A stretch of DNA of 50,899 nt, taken from NCBI GenBank assembly GCA_010356995.1, contig ML996706.1, positions 625,789 to 676,687 on the forward strand, written 5' to 3'. The stretch is from Trichodelitschia bisporula. Its lineage: Eukaryota. The translations under genes and the position numbers were made by a program. Below are positions 13,492-25,565 of the stretch, piece by piece (position 1 is the first letter of the stretch; each line of letters opens with the position of its first letter). The notes beneath the pieces were generated by a model. That model saw nothing but the letters and a program-made list of their open reading frames with translations. It did no database searches and was not told the DNA's origin.

Positions 13492-13897
13492 CTCTTGACA
13501 GTGAGTGCAGCATGGTGTCGAGGCACGGCTGGCGAGTCTCCGTCCAGTGCTCGTAGCCTAAACAATCTGTATGTCCGTTCTAATCAAAATTTCGAGTCGT
13601 TTCTTTACTGCTTCCACAGTATCTACCCGTAGCCATTGTGGAGGCAGTAGCGAAGCGACTCGAAATTTTGGTTAAAGCGGACATACACCAGTAAAGATGA
13701 CGACGGGACTCGGATATTTACCTGCCACAGTACCGGCTTCGATGATTGTCATCCAGGGCGCGTTGTTGGACGACCTGACGAACTTGAGCTACGTCAGGTC
13801 GTCCAGCAGCACCCTGGGTTACTCGTGCAATCCTCGAAGCCATCACCATGGAATGCACACGCATCACCCGTGCCTCGACACCATACGCTTGTTAGAG
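13492..13897 (+). ncRNA. Candidate highly structured non-coding RNA (three-arm junction; possible milRNA precursor)
   Basis: Stems: 13512-13528/13868-13884 (17 bp perfect); 13568-13620/13635-13687 (53 bp); 13762-13780/13792-13810 (19 bp), plus basal helices. Imperfect pairs are mostly G-U on the + strand. Expression not shown. Confidence 0.5.
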
Positions 13898-14352
13898 TGT
13901 GGCCTGGGAATAAAACTGGCGAAAACAAAGAGAGGAAACAGGCACGATTAGAAGTCCGGATTTGGGATTAATGTGGTTGGAATTGACTGGTTGGTAGCTT
14001 GACTGGACGTCCTAGGCAGGGTCTTCTCCTGCCAAGTCTGTTTACTAACCTATATATATCGGTTGCCTGACATCAACGGTCGAAGAGATCAACTCCAAAG
14101 GATTTCTCCCTTCACGAGTTCTTCACCCTGCCATATGGATGTGATGTCATTAGCTAGCTAGCAAGTGTATGTACCGTAAGGAGCGGCACCAGACTTTGCT
14201 TGAACTCACAGTAGAATGTACATACGGTGACACAACGTTATTTGGGAATGAAGGCGAGCAAAAACCACTACCAACTCCTCTCAAAACCTCCAAATTAACC
14301 CGAAGCACCTCATCACCATTCGAACCCCGCTCAAACGGTAGACTAAAACTCC

Positions 14353-14814
14353 ATGGCAACCACACAACCTCCCAACACTGCCATACCCTCCCCGCTCCCT
14401 TTCAAAACCTTCCTCATCAAGCCTTGCCCCGGACCCTACCTTAGCCCCTGGGCGAAGACGGACGTCGAGTCCGTCTCACCGCGATCAGTACCATACTCGA
14501 CACCAAAATCCTCGCAAAATCTCGAAAGTTATCTCAGGGCCGAGCGCAAGGCGTGGGACAATCTAGGCAAGTTCGGCAAGGGGCCGTCGGAGGCGGTGCA
14601 GAGCGTCGTTATGAAGTTGAAGGAAGCCGAGGGGGAGGAGAAGGTTGAGTGGTTGCTTGTCGGGGTTGAGGTTGAGTGAGGATGGGGGTGGGTGTGGGAG
14701 GGGGGGACGTTGGAGTGTACTGTTTTTCGGACTGCGGCGGGAGATGGCGGGCTGCTGGACGACGCTATGGAGCACGATATGCTGGATCTTTTTCGCGAAA
14801 GAGCGCGATTTTGA
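14353..14814 (+). pseudogene. Orphan paralog copy A, internal TGA at 14677-14679
   Basis: MATTQPP..FKTFLIKPCPGPYLSPW..AW..VEWLLVGVEVE*GWGWVWEGGTLECTVFRTAAGDGGLLDDAMEHDML; similarity to copy B continues in frame past the stop. Confidence 0.6.
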
Positions 14815-15220
14815 GCTCTAACTATCAGTTAGAGATTAGGGTGCTGGGAACTGCTTTCTGGATAGTGCTCCGCGGATGAGATACCATGGTTGATAGGAAA
14901 GATATCGCGGAGTTGTAGGTGGATCAGAGTTAGGATTTATCCCTTCACGAGTTCTTCACCTTACCATATGGATGTAATATCATTCGCCAGCCAGTAAGTC
15001 TGTATGAATCGTAGGGAACGGCGCCAGCCTTCACTTAAATCTCCTATGGTATGTTCATACGGTTACACAGCGTCATGCGGGAAAGAAAGGCAAGATAACA
15101 AAAGACAACTACCACCCGCCCCTTCCAAATACCTCGCTCACCGTCTCCAAGCCAACCCCAAAGCACCTCAAAAGCATCTCACCACCACCTCCAAACCCCC
15201 AAACCTCCCCCCAACCCGCA

Positions 15221-15808
15221 ATGGCAGCCTCGCACCCCCCGCACCCCGTCCCAAGCCGCCTCCTCCCCTGGCAAACCTTCACCATCCAGCCCATACCCGG
15301 ACCTTATAAAGTGCCCTGGAAACGAACGATCGTCAAGCGCCGCTAGCTACGCCCGCGCCCAAGCTTCGAGACACCCACCAAGCCAGCCTGGGCCAGGGAG
15401 GAATTAAAATGCGGGGTCGCTTAGTGCCGGGCGTGGGAGGGCGTGTGGCAGGCGGATACACTCAGCAGGGGTCCGTACATTGCGCTGGGCTTGGTGGTCA
15501 AAGAATGGAACAGGGCTGAGCGGGAGAGGTGGGCTGAGTGGGTGAGGAAGGCTAAGCGGGGGAGGAGGGTCAAGCGAGGGAAGCCGGTGAGGTGGTTTCT
15601 CGTTGAGGTTAAGTTTGAGAAGGGGGTTTATGGGCTTGTTGAGAAGGTGGAGTTTACTATTATACGGGCTACGGTTGGGGGTGGTGGGCCGCTGGACTTC
15701 GATATGGAGTACGGTTTGCTGCACGCAGATCGGAGCTGGAAAGAGAAGGAAAATACTCGTAAGGGGAATGAGGAGTTTTTGAATTCTCTTCAACGGGAGT
15801 ATGGATGA
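15221..15808 (+). pseudogene. Orphan paralog copy B, internal TAGs at 15344-15346 and 15422-15424
   Basis: MAASHPP..WQTFTIQPIPGPYKVPW..*..*CRAW..VRWFLVEVKFEKGVYGLVEKVEFTIIRATVGGGGPLDFDMEYGLL; 196 codons with no frameshift. Confidence 0.6.
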
Positions 15809-15840
15809 TTGCCAGCAAGAGTTGAGCAGATGACTCGAAA

Positions 15841-16021
15841 AGGGTATACTCGTGCTCAGGTCGCTGAGTTGGCTAGGCTTGCCGGCTTCAGGCCACCATG
15901 AATGAGTGCTAGCACGCGCACCGTAGATGTATCGAGAGGGCTATACTCATGTGCCAGCACGCGCACCGGAGATGTCTCGAGAGGGCTATAGTCGTGCACA
16001 GGTCGCTGAGTTGCTGGGCTT
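15841..16021. repeat. Compound direct repeats (two ~45-bp tandem units flanked by a ~40-bp direct repeat)
   Basis: GTGCYAGCACGCGCACCGKAGATGTMTCGAGAGGGCTATA occurs twice; TCGTGCWCAGGTCGCTGAGTTG occurs at both ends. Confidence 0.85.
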
Positions 16022-16145
16022 AAATCACCTTTTGTGATAGGGGTGGCTTTTCAAGCTGCCTGAGCAAAATTTGTATGGTTTAGCAAAGTCTCTGTATCTT
16101 CGCAAGCCAGCAAAACGAATCATCCATTACCCTGACACGTAATCT

Positions 16146-17507
16146 CTACTTCAGCTTCCAATCCTTGTACGACCACTTCTCCGTCGTCGTCCTCCTCGGC
16201 TTCTTCCGCTGCGTGATAGGCGCACGGCTCTCAATCTTCCCTCTCAGCAGCAAGCTCCTAAACCGATCCGTAAGCAGATTGCCCTCAGGCTTCAGCAGCC
16301 GAAGCGAGTCCTGCAACTCGTCCGCAAGCACCACCTCGAGCGGGCCCTCGGGAATCCTATTCTCATCAGCCATGTCATTCATTAGACGCGAAACCACTCA
16401 CGGAGCTTTCCCCAGCCGGCGCCGCCTCAGCGTCTCGCCCTCCTCTTCACTCTCACTCTCCACAACCGGCGCCTTGACTTTGGCCTTCTCCCTCTTATCA
16501 AGCTGCTTAACCAGCGCCCTCGCCTGCGCAACCTGCTGTTCACGCTTCTTCGCCTTCTCTTCGTGCGTACGACGCCGCTCCTCCTCCTTCCTCCGACGGA
16601 TGCGATTCCGCTCCGCCTGCGTCTTGCGCTGCGGCCGCTTGACCTTGAGATCGACGTCGGCGTCGCTGAGCCCGTCCCACTCCGTCTCCCACTCGCTCTC
16701 CCACTCGCTTTCCATCTTCTTGTCTTCCTCCTCTGCCTGCGCGGCCTCGATGCGCGCGATGCGCTCCGCTTCGAGACGTTCCTCTTCCAGCCGCTTCACT
16801 TCCTCGTCCACCGCCTTGGTGCCTTCCTTCTCCACCAGCGCGGCCCAGTCCGCGAACGCAGGGTTATAACTCTTCCCCGGGTTCGGCGTCTGGACCGCAG
16901 CCACAGGCCGGCCGGACTTCGTCATAGCCAGCGGCGCACGGCGTATCGTCTCCGGCTCGCGCGCCTTACGCGGCGGGTCGAGGAACGTATACGCGCTTTG
17001 CACCGGTTGGGCATCCCACGGGTCATACGTAGCGCTCACATCCGTCTTCAGCACCTCCGCCTTCTTCGCTTCACCCCCGTAGGCAATTTTCCTTAGCCGG
17101 TCCATCTCCCGTGCGGACACGGCGCGCCGCTTCTTGTCTGGCAGGACGCCATCGGTGACGGTGGCGGGGCGCTTACGCCCGTCGAGCGGGGGGACGGCGC
17201 TGCGCTCGGCGAGAATCTCATCGGCTTTGAGGGGCTTGTGGCTTTTGGCGTAGGCACGGGCGGTGGGCACAGAGGGGGCAACATCGATGGTGAAGAGGTC
17301 TTCTGAGGCCTTTTCGGCGACAACGCCGCTGGGAATAGGTTAGGAGGTGTGGGCTTAGTGGGGGTTGTGGAGAGCAAACCCGGTGATGACTTCGTCGCGG
17401 ACGGTCGAAAGGCCGGATTCTACCTGCGTCAAGTCGACGTTTTTGCGCCAGGCCTTTTTGCCTTTGCGTGAGGGCTGGGCATGTTGCTGAGGCGGGAGAG
17501 TGGCCAT
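16146..17507 (-). CDS. NOP53: Ribosome biogenesis protein Nop53 (GLTSCR2 family)
   Basis: Exons 17507-17380, 17328-16402, 16356-16146. Motifs QPSRKGKKAWRKNVD, DLFTID, GKSYNPAFADW, KTQAERNR, LADELQDSLRLLKPEGNLLTDRFRSL, EKWSYKDW. Confidence 0.96.
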
Positions 17508-17771
17508 GGTGATGGTGTTGATGGTGGTGGTGAGTTTGGAGGTTTGGAGTTGAAAAGTGTCGAGGCGAGAAAAATCAATTGGGCGGCGGAAGTTGCCGAG
17601 CCGCCGTCGGCGGTCGGCCAGTTGGCGGAGCTGCCACTCAACACCAACGCCTCCTGATCTCCCAACATCTTGCACGGCCAACTTTCGCAACGTCCAACGA
17701 CTCTGTCAACTCTCCATCCACCGTCTTTCTATCCCCAATCACCGCCACTACCACAGACAACAATCGCAGCC

Positions 17772-18497
<726 letters not shown>

Positions 18498-18681
18498 TCC
18501 CCCGCCCGCTTGGGCCGCTGCATCAACACACGAGCAAGGCGTTCCGGAAACAGGGGTGGGTGTAGAACTATCAATGACATTACTTTCTGGCACCGCACAC
18601 ATCACAACCTTGACCCCCGTCTCTCCCACCACTCCCTCCCCCCTTCCCCCCCCGAAACCTTCCCCCCCCGAAACCTTCCCC

Positions 18682-19521
18682 NNNNNNNNNNNNNNNNNNN
18701 NNNNNNNNNNNNNNNNNNNNNNNNNNNNNNNNNNNNNNNNNNNNNNNNNNNNNNNNNNNNNNNNNNNNNNNNNNNNNNNNNNNNNNNNNNNNNNNNNNNN
18801 NNNNNNNNNNNNNNNNNNNNNNNNNNNNNNNNNNNNNNNNNNNNNNNNNNNNNNNNNNNNNNNNNNNNNNNNNNNNNNNNNNNNNNNNNNNNNNNNNNNN
18901 NNNNNNNNNNNNNNNNNNNNNNNNNNNNNNNNNNNNNNNNNNNNNNNNNNNNNNNNNNNNNNNNNNNNNNNNNNNNNNNNNNNNNNNNNNNNNNNNNNNN
19001 NNNNNNNNNNNNNNNNNNNNNNNNNNNNNNNNNNNNNNNNNNNNNNNNNNNNNNNNNNNNNNNNNNNNNNNNNNNNNNNNNNNNNNNNNNNNNNNNNNNN
19101 NNNNNNNNNNNNNNNNNNNNNNNNNNNNNNNNNNNNNNNNNNNNNNNNNNNNNNNNNNNNNNNNNNNNNNNNNNNNNNNNNNNNNNNNNNNNNNNNNNNN
19201 NNNNNNNNNNNNNNNNNNNNNNNNNNNNNNNNNNNNNNNNNNNNNNNNNNNNNNNNNNNNNNNNNNNNNNNNNNNNNNNNNNNNNNNNNNNNNNNNNNNN
19301 NNNNNNNNNNNNNNNNNNNNNNNNNNNNNNNNNNNNNNNNNNNNNNNNNNNNNNNNNNNNNNNNNNNNNNNNNNNNNNNNNNNNNNNNNNNNNNNNNNNN
19401 NNNNNNNNNNNNNNNNNNNNNNNNNNNNNNNNNNNNNNNNNNNNNNNNNNNNNNNNNNNNNNNNNNNNNNNNNNNNNNNNNNNNNNNNNNNNNNNNNNNN
19501 NNNNNNNNNNNNNNNNNNNNN
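18682..19521. other. Assembly gap (840 N)
   Basis: Run of N; probably hides the 3' half of the GPCR gene. Confidence 0.99.
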
Positions 19522-20234
19522 CTACTCTCATTCTCAAATCCGCGCATGCGCCACACCACAAAGCCATACACCCCCCCCGCACACCCCACCCCCGTCAAAC
19601 AAACAACCCACCTCGGGCCTCACACAAGCGCCAACGTAACACACCTCGGTCTAACCGGCAGCCCGCAAAAAGCATCCGCAGCCACAAACGCCGGTCCCGG
19701 CCTGAAGACCGCGAACGGGAGACCCGCCATTAGGGCTGCGAAAGCGGCGCAGAGGATGTAGGTTGTGTGGGCCCACGGAGCTAATCCCGTGGCGGGGGAC
19801 GCGGTGGGACGGATGATTTGAAGGAGACCGTGGAGGGAGAGCGCGAGGATGGAGGCGTCGGTTAGGGCGTTTGCGGCGGAGAGCAGGTCGCCGGTGGATT
19901 GGCAGAGGGGGGATTTACTGATGAGGGGTTTGTGCGGGGGGAGGGTGAGGAGGGCGGAGAAGAGCAGGCTGAGGGCGCGGAGGAGGGAGGAGAGGATGTT
20001 GAGCATTATTAGTCTGATGGCGGGGTTAGCTTTATGGGGGGTGGGTAGGATTGAGGGGGAGGCGTACTTGTGCCGCGGCCGTTTCCGCATGCGCACGAAC
20101 CAGTGTATGGTTACGATGCTGAGGGCAAGGCTGAGAGACGAAAAGGCTATGGCGCCGATTTGGATCCTGCGCTTCTCCAGCAACGTGTAATACGAAAGGG
20201 AGGGATTGACGCTTGTGGCGGCGGAGGAACGCAT
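19522..20234 (-). CDS. Gpr1/Git3-family G-protein-coupled receptor, partial (runs into the gap), internal TGA at 19620-19622; possible pseudogene
   Basis: Successive TM helices with recalled family motifs: SSLSL..HWFVRMRKRPRHKLIML, LCQ, D..ILALSLH..LQI, AFCGLPVRP..LAL.*.PR. Intron 20067-20014 (GTACGC..GCTAAC..CAG). Confidence 0.7.
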
Positions 20235-20559
20235 CCTGACATTCGGGGAGGGGGAGCTTTGAAAACGGTGGCTGCTTTTTTGTTTGAATTCCGTCTATCT
20301 GCTGTGTTCTGTCTGATTCTGATACCTCGATGTGCTGAACCGAAGGATTGCATTATTCGTTCAATCCGAGCAGGATCGAATCCTGCTTCATATCTGTTTC
20401 TCGCAACCGAGACATGCTCCCTTTCTCGCCCGTCTCCATCTCAGACAAATCGCATACCGCCCGCAACCAGGTCCGTCAACAAAGGGGCGCGCGCATTACA
20501 CCCCACCCACCCCACCTCACCACTCTCTCAACCCCCCCATTTCCCAATCCCCTAATCCC

Positions 20560-21465
20560 CTAGTCCATACTCGGCCCAAGCACAATGAGACTAAACCGCA
20601 AATCCCCCCCCGCCTCGCCCTCCCGCTCAATAAACCGTCTCACCCCCATCCCCAGCGCCCTCTCGCTGAGCACATCCTCATCCGCATCCAACACACCCCG
20701 CTGCAACGGCCCCTTACGCCGCCCGTCCAGCTCCCACATCGCCCCATCCGCGCCCTTGACGAACGTCACAAAGTGCAAGTCCACGCGCTCGTCTGCAGCC
20801 GGGGCACTCGTGTCCCCCCCGGCCGCGGCGTCGGCGTGCGCAGCTTCCAGCGCAGGGGAGTTATACAGCAATTCCGCGCGGTTGGTGGGGTTGAGCGGGA
20901 TGGCCTCGGCGAGGAGATTATCGAGGTCCGAGCCCGGCACTGCGCGTAATTAGTCTCGCCGTCCCCATGCAAACATACCCACCGAGACACGAGATATAAG
21001 ACATCATCACATACCAATCTCCCCTCTCGCCCCCCCATTACAAACCGCATGAAGCAGCCCAATAAGCCCACACGCATTCCCAATCGTCTGCCTGAACCAC
21101 ACCACCGGCTCCCCCTCCCCAGCACCCTCATACTCCCCCTTCGGCCCATCTTCCGCCGCGCGGTGCGCCTCGTACACTGATGAGACGGGAAAGATGAGAA
21201 GCAGGGCGTGCGCCGGGCGCGGAACGATGGCGAGTAGATCTGGCTCGTCGATGGAGAAGACGTCGTGGAAGGAGAGGGTGGGGGAGAGGCCGAGTTTGTG
21301 GATTAGGGAGGTCATTACTTCGGGGTTGTTTTCTGCGGGTTGTTAGTGAGGTTCAAAGATGAAGCCTGTGAGGCATGCGGGGCACCCACCGAGGGGAACG
21401 AAGCGCTTGCGAGCTGCTGGGGGCTTTGCCCCGTGGGGATCAGCGGAGAGCTGCTCGGTAGACAT
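20560..21465 (-). CDS. YUH1: Ubiquitin C-terminal hydrolase (UCH-L3/Yuh1, peptidase C12)
   Basis: Exons 21465-21390, 21332-21015, 20939-20560. Motifs FVPLENNPEVM, QTIGNACGLIGLLHA, LHFVTFV, WELDGRRKGP. Confidence 0.95.
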
Positions 21466-21985
21466 GGTGAGCGTGTGGTTTTGGTGAGAGATTGGGAAAG
21501 GAGGAGGTGGAGATGTGGTGGATTTTATGGGGGAGCTGTTAGGCAAATGCGGGGTGGCCGTTGCTGGTGCCTGCGGGGTTGTGGGAACAGGGGGTGCCGG
21601 CAGCCACAAACGCCTTGACGCCACATCGCGATGGACATGGGTCGGAGTGCCGGGTAAGCAATACGTGCCAGGCTGAGTCGAAGATCGCAGGGTGAGTCGC
21701 CGAGACCAAGCGGTTGCTTGCCTGTGGCATACATAGAACTGTTGCATGTAGGCAAGCACGGCAGGAAAAAAGTACCTTCAAGCCACCACAATGAATTGCC
21801 AGTGATTTAAAGCCGCACAGTATCTTCCTCATGTATCACCAGCGCGCGGCTAGAAGCTCCCACAAGCAGATCACCCTAATGCATCACGCCATTCTCCATC
21901 ATTTCCAGAGCATGAAGTCCAGATTACAGCCCTTCACCAAGTACGGCACAGCAATTCTTTATAAGATACCCCCTTAAGCCCCTCT

Positions 21986-24900
21986 CTAAGCCGCCGTCAC
22001 AACCCTCCCCCCAATCCACTCCTCCACCCCCTCACTCTTCCTCACAACCTCTTCCACTTGCTTTCCCCCCTCAACCCCCCCAAGCCACCCCAAAGCCCCC
22101 GCCCTCGTCACCATAGTTCCCACCCCCCCCACCGCACACGCCCTCAACACAACCCCAACCACCAACGCCCCCGCAAGCGTCTGCAACCCCGCCTCCCCCT
22201 CCCCCCCCATCACCGCAACCGCCCGCTCTACACTCAACCCCCCTGCTTGTCGTACAACCGGATGCGCGGCCAAAGCCATGATACGCTCAAATACCCTCCC
22301 CCTTCTCAGTAATTCCACATCCTGTTCCCCTCTCAAACCGTCCACAACCCACGCAAGGAACCAACATACGCACCGCCACCAATCCCCTTCCCGCCCTGTC
22401 TCCTCCGGCGCAGAGCCGAGTAGTCTAGTACTGAACCACCCCGTCACATTAGGCGGGTGCCAGCTAGGCCCGCGGAGCAGGAATGTATTAACCTCCGGAT
22501 ACACAGGGTGAGTAGGGTCCGTAAGCACGGGTATGCACGCGCGGGCGAAAGCTCCGAGCAAAGGTGGAAGACCGGTGGTAGGTTGCGCTGTTTCGAGGAC
22601 TTCGCCCAGAAGGAGGGAGATGGGGATGCGCTCGGCGTAGGAGCTGGTCGCTAGGGAGGCGGAGAAGGTGCGCAGGGAAAGGAGGGATTCGCGACGGATG
22701 TGTGGGGCGGTACTGGAGAGGCAGCTTATGAGGAGGGAGAGGGAGCCGTCTTCGATGGCGGCGGCGGGGGGTTTAGATTTCCATTTCATGAGGCCGGGGT
22801 GGTTGTCGCTTTCGGGAGGGGGGAGGAGGGCGGTTAGGTCGAAGGGGGGTAGTTGGGTGGGTTCTGGCTGGGAAGGCTGGGAGGGCTGAGAGGGGAGAGT
22901 AACAGTGCGGGCGAGGGCGCTTTTGAATGCTTTTTTCGCGCGTTTGTCGGTCTTGGGGTCTGCCGCTAGACGGGTTGCTACGGCTTCCAATGCGTTGGCG
23001 TCCTCGCCTACGGCTTGGAGCAGAGGGAGTAGTTCGGCTAGCCAGGCCGCGACGGACGGGCCGGCCTCGGTGGATGCTGCGAATTGCCATTGCTCGACGA
23101 GGACAAGCAGGAGCAAACTGATGGGCGTACCACCCAGGGCATCCGCGTCGTCGGCGTATTTGATCGGGCGGCGGGTGAGGCGCTGCAGGCAGCCGTCAAG
23201 GAAGGTGAATACCGACTCTGGCGCAGCCTTGAGCGACAAGACGAGGGCATCAAGAGCCGACTTTTCGGTTTCGGTCTGCAGAACGGCGCAGTCCCGGACG
23301 ACGACGGAGAGCAGCGCGCGGATCTCGGTGTTGGGCTCGGACACCAGGAGTCGCAGCAGGCTGACAAAGGGCGAGAAGCGCAGACTCTCTGGCTTAGACC
23401 ACCAGAGCATATCAGGCGAGCAGGAGGCGATGCGAACGAGATGCCCGAGGGTAATGAGACGCAATTGGCGCTCTTCCCCCTCCACAGATTCTAACTGCTG
23501 AAGGGCGCTAGTCAACGCAACAGACACACCGAACTTCTCATCCAGCGCGAGTTGCGGCGTGACAGTGTAGTAGAGTGCCAACAAGCGCGAGATCGCCTCC
23601 CGCTGCAGCAGCTTCGCATCCGGGATCTTGCGGAAACACTCGATGACCTCCTTCATCCGGGGACAGCGCAGGCAAAACTCGGTGATCAGGCCCTCTCGCG
23701 CACCCACCCACCCGTCATACAGCCTGAGCACGTTGCGTAGTTTCTCAAACGCGGCGACGAGCAGACGCAGAGCGAAGAAGCGCACCAGGTCCGAGCTGTG
23801 GTAAATGCACTTACTCAGGATTTTTTGTGTCAGCGGGCGAGGCAGAATACTCTCGATGGCGACTGATGCCGGAGGGGGAAGGGCAGCCGGCTCCTTGCGG
23901 CCGAAGTGGTGCGGGACGGGCAGCTGGACGGTTGAAAACAGGAGGGCCGCGAAGCCGACCCACGTCGCCGTCAGCTTGGGATCAAAGGCAAACGTAGACT
24001 TGCGCGAGAAGTAGTGCGCAACCAGCTCTGGTACGGCGTCAAAGATTGACACCATCAGTTCGCGCTCCAGATCGTTGGCGTACGGGCGCAGCGTCGGCAG
24101 GAACTCGGCGAGGGCTCGGTTGCGGATGGGCGCTGACTGATACTGGACTTCCTCGTCTTGATCCGCGCCGAGTGGGTACCATCCAGTCGAAGGCCGGATA
24201 ACGCCCGCAGCTGGTGATGTGCATACCAGTAACATGAACTCGTGTACGACATCCTGCAACGGTGGCTCTGAATCATCGGACGCAACACGATAGAGCTGGG
24301 CCAAGCTATGCAGACTGCGCTCGTTGAACAGAAAGCCCTTGGTGCTCCGAGAAACCGCCCCGTCCAACACCACACTCTTAAGCACCGAGAGCACCTCCCG
24401 AATGAGCCCCGGCGTATCCTGATCCAGCCCGTCCAGCAGCGCGCGCACGACGTTGCCCTGCCGCATGATATCCATCTTGGCGCCTTCAGTCTGGAAGCGC
24501 AAATGCGCCAGCACATAGCGGACAGCATTCATCCGGACCGACGGCCTATCCGTCTGCGCACGGCGAAGTCCGAGATTCCGCCCGAGGATACGAGCGTCAA
24601 AAGTCGTGTCCCGCTGCGCATAGCAGTTCCGCGCCAGTGCCCCGCCGTCAAACGAGATCACTTCCGTCAGCAGGCGCAGCGCTGGCGAAATAATATACTC
24701 TTTATGCTTCGGAACACCCATAGCGCGCGCGGCAAGCTTCGCCTGCGCGGGTAGCAGCACGGTGCGGCCGAGCAGCAAGCCATATTCGCGGGCGGCAATT
24801 TCGGTAGACAGCGTCTTAAGAAGGAGGGCTAGCACAGCGGTGACAGCGGAGAAGAGGTTCTCGACATTCGTCTGGTCAGCCCAGGACCATGTCTGCATCA

Positions 24901-25227
24901 GGTCGGGGAGGTAGACGGAGTCGTCGCTGATGGTGCGCGGCTTCTGGGACTCGAGGAACTCGCGGAGAATGGCGCGGCGGCGGGGGACGTCGTCCTTATC
25001 TTCGGGATAGACGATGGACTCGAGGAAGGCCTTGAAGGCGCCGATTGCTGAGCTGTTAGCAGCGTCGATGGAGAGAAAAAGAGCATACCATCGCGCATTT
25101 GGGCAGCATCTTGCTGGAAGGAGAGGAGGGACTGCAGTTGGCGCGCCGTATGAATATCAGTTGCAGCATCCGGCTTGCGGCGCTTCGGATGCCCATCAGC
25201 AGACTCTTCTGCGGGGCGTTTTGACAT
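21986..25227 (-). CDS. URB1: Nucleolar pre-ribosomal-associated protein Urb1/Npa1
   Basis: Exons 25227-25089 and 25047-21986 (41-nt intron). Motifs LMQTWSWADQTN, LRLLTEVISFDGG, VRMNAVRY, IRNRAL, FDPKLTATWVG, IESILPRPLTQK, DPTHPVYPEVNTFLLRGPSW. Confidence 0.9.
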
Positions 25228-25565
25228 TGTGATTGTGGGATGTACTTTGTCCGGATCCCAGTGAACTTTCTTGAAGCAGAATAATTTCTGACAGAAAGCC
25301 CCACACCGCCTTGGCCCATGCGCGGCGGGCGGCGGGGCACACATGTGAAGCATCAGCCTTGGACAACTTTAGCTCACAGCGAACACATATCACATACATC
25401 ACGAAAATCACACCAAGCTGCAAATAACGCGAGCTTCATGATCCTCATCGTTATTAGCTAATGACAGTCGAGCAACACCGCCACATAACACGATCGTCAG
25501 GATACAGTCGTCCACAGATACCATCTAGCAATGCATTCAAGACCGAGTGCACTCCAGAACCCCAG

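Larger units (their letters stand above)
14099..15808 (+). repeat. Diverged tandem segmental duplication (units start at ~14099 and ~14932)
   Basis: AGGATTT(C/A)TCCCTTCACGAGTTCTTCACC..CCATATGGATGT is shared (5 differences in the first 53 nt), followed by homologous ORFs. Confidence 0.9.
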
